A stretch of 63,986 nt of DNA, counting the filler, from Gonapodya sp. JEL0774 (Eukaryota): NCBI GenBank assembly GCA_027604505.1. It is 9 parts of 9 records of this genome, joined end to end, with 100 filler letters (N's around TTAATTAATTAA, not from the genome) between each part and the next. Parts side by side here need not be neighbours in the genome. Positions count along the whole stretch, not along the records: positions 58,309 to 63,986 come from JADIIX010000682.1; 8 more parts are not named here. One strand, written 5' to 3'. Of this stretch, positions 62,722-63,986 are shown in pieces. Each line of letters begins with the position of its first letter. Position 1 is the stretch's first letter. The translations under genes and the position numbers were made by a program. Below the pieces are notes generated by a model. The model had not been told where the DNA came from and ran no database searches. It worked only from the letters and a program-made list of their open reading frames with translations.

Positions 62722-63986
62722 TGAACTTATGCTACCATCTCACTGGTGCTGCAACCCAGTCGGTTCGGGGGCTTCCGTCACAAAGGTGTTCCCACCTTTC
62801 CAGGTACGCACCTCCATTGCACGAGGACTAAATCATACACATCCAAGTCAAAGCAATGCAAGTCAGATTGAAATGCGAAACACACACCTCAAGCTCTTGT
62901 AGCTCTTCAAAGTCCTTGAGAACACACACAACTCGACACAATGCCTCCCAGTTCCCATCTGTTGCTTCCTCCACTGACACAATACCAACCAAGCACGACT
63001 TCTCGTAGTTGCACTGGTACGTGCTGGTGGTGTGGATGGTGTTTATTGTCTTTAGTCTCCAGACAGTCCCGCCAACAGCTCCATTCAGCATTCCATGAGT
63101 CACAGTTTCAACCACATGTATTGACCCTTAATTGATTGGAGTGCTCACCTTCTCCATTTGTGCCCCGTTCTACTCTCAAGAGCAACAGCTCGTTTATCAT
63201 CAAGTCCAAACCACATCCTCGGGGGTGACTCGCACATGATTGCCTGTTTGAGCTGCTGTACCGGTTTCGTAAGACACAATCTGTGATTGTTGGCGGCGCT
63301 CCGCGTTGCTGAGATGGCCGTTCGAGGTGAACCATGATGGAGTGAAGTCTCCAAATGGGGTCCCGAATGGTCCACACTCTCGCCGACCGCACCATTCCAA
63401 TTCCAGCCCTGATCCGCTCCTGTAGAAAGTCATCTTCATGTATTGAGATGAATTTACATTGATTGGCGGCGAAATAACTGGTTTTTGCGCTGGGATGGGT
63501 CGATTTGGGAATCGAAATCGATCCCCAGTCGGTCGATTTCCCAATCGAAATCGCAACCACTCGGTCGATTCCCAGTCAATTTTCAATTGACAAAATTTGC
63601 CACGATCGATTAAAATCGAATCGGAATTGAACCGAATCGTAGATGCTTTAGAACTTCACAAAGTTCCCCTTCCAAGCGCAGTAGACTTCTGGCCTTTTGC
63701 TGCCAAAACTAAAAATATGTTCTCTTTCTGAAATCTACTCAAAGCATGTCCAAGTGGTGAAATGCAATCTGTTGCACCAGAATCAATCAGAATTTAATGT
63801 CCCTCATCAGAGACAAGAAATGACATTGGATCTGCACGATTACATGCTGAAGAGTCAAATGAGTAAGACAGTGAGTGGGAGAACTGTAAATGTGTGGACG
63901 TATCTTCAAATTGGCCTTGCTTGGTTGGGTCAGACACAAGCAGTCCCTTTTTAGGGGGACAAAGGCCTGAATGCTCCGGCACACCC

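Larger units (their letters stand above)
58435..63650 (-). mobile_element. Complete hAT DNA transposon (5216 bp)
   Basis: 18-bp perfect TIR TAAAGCATCTACGATTCG at both ends, perfect 8-bp TSD GAACTTCA (58427-58434 and 63651-63658), TCGAT-rich subtermini and an internal transposase. Confidence 0.97.

Overview
This is eukaryotic, almost certainly fungal DNA: short GT-AG introns, fungal-type Pkc1, Hof1/Cdc15-like, DUF3712 and Dal5-like genes. An early-diverging, chytrid-like lineage is my inference. The window is not one locus. It is nine unlinked contigs (the seven complete ones 7205 down to 7160 bp, in descending size order) joined by identical artificial 100-nt spacers (44 N + TTAATTAATTAA + 44 N), so nothing can be inferred from adjacency across spacers. 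Contigs 1 and 4-8 hold ordinary intron-containing genes: a SnoaL-like pair, a MYND protein, a C2H2 transcription factor, RPL35, a hemerythrin-like protein, two F-box proteins, an F-BAR/SH3 protein, a subtilisin, BDP1, a DUF3712 protein, PKC1, two MFS transporters, RUS1 and a Fyv7-like gene. Contigs 2, 3 and 9 are mobile or foreign DNA. Main points of interest: (1) an LTR retrotransposon (short LTR, PBS, intact 610-aa CCHC gag) whose gag stop codon lies inside a canonical splice donor and is followed by a chain of in-frame exons and spliceosomal introns, suggesting splicing-controlled Gag/Gag-Pol expression; (2) its landing site, an AT-rich, intronless, decayed block with giant-virus-like genes and arrays of palindromic repeats; (3) a complete hAT transposon with 8-bp TSD, extra internal cargo and a related non-autonomous copy, which together show a clean CpG-deamination signature; (4) a higher-order A-B-C-B-C-A repeat array.
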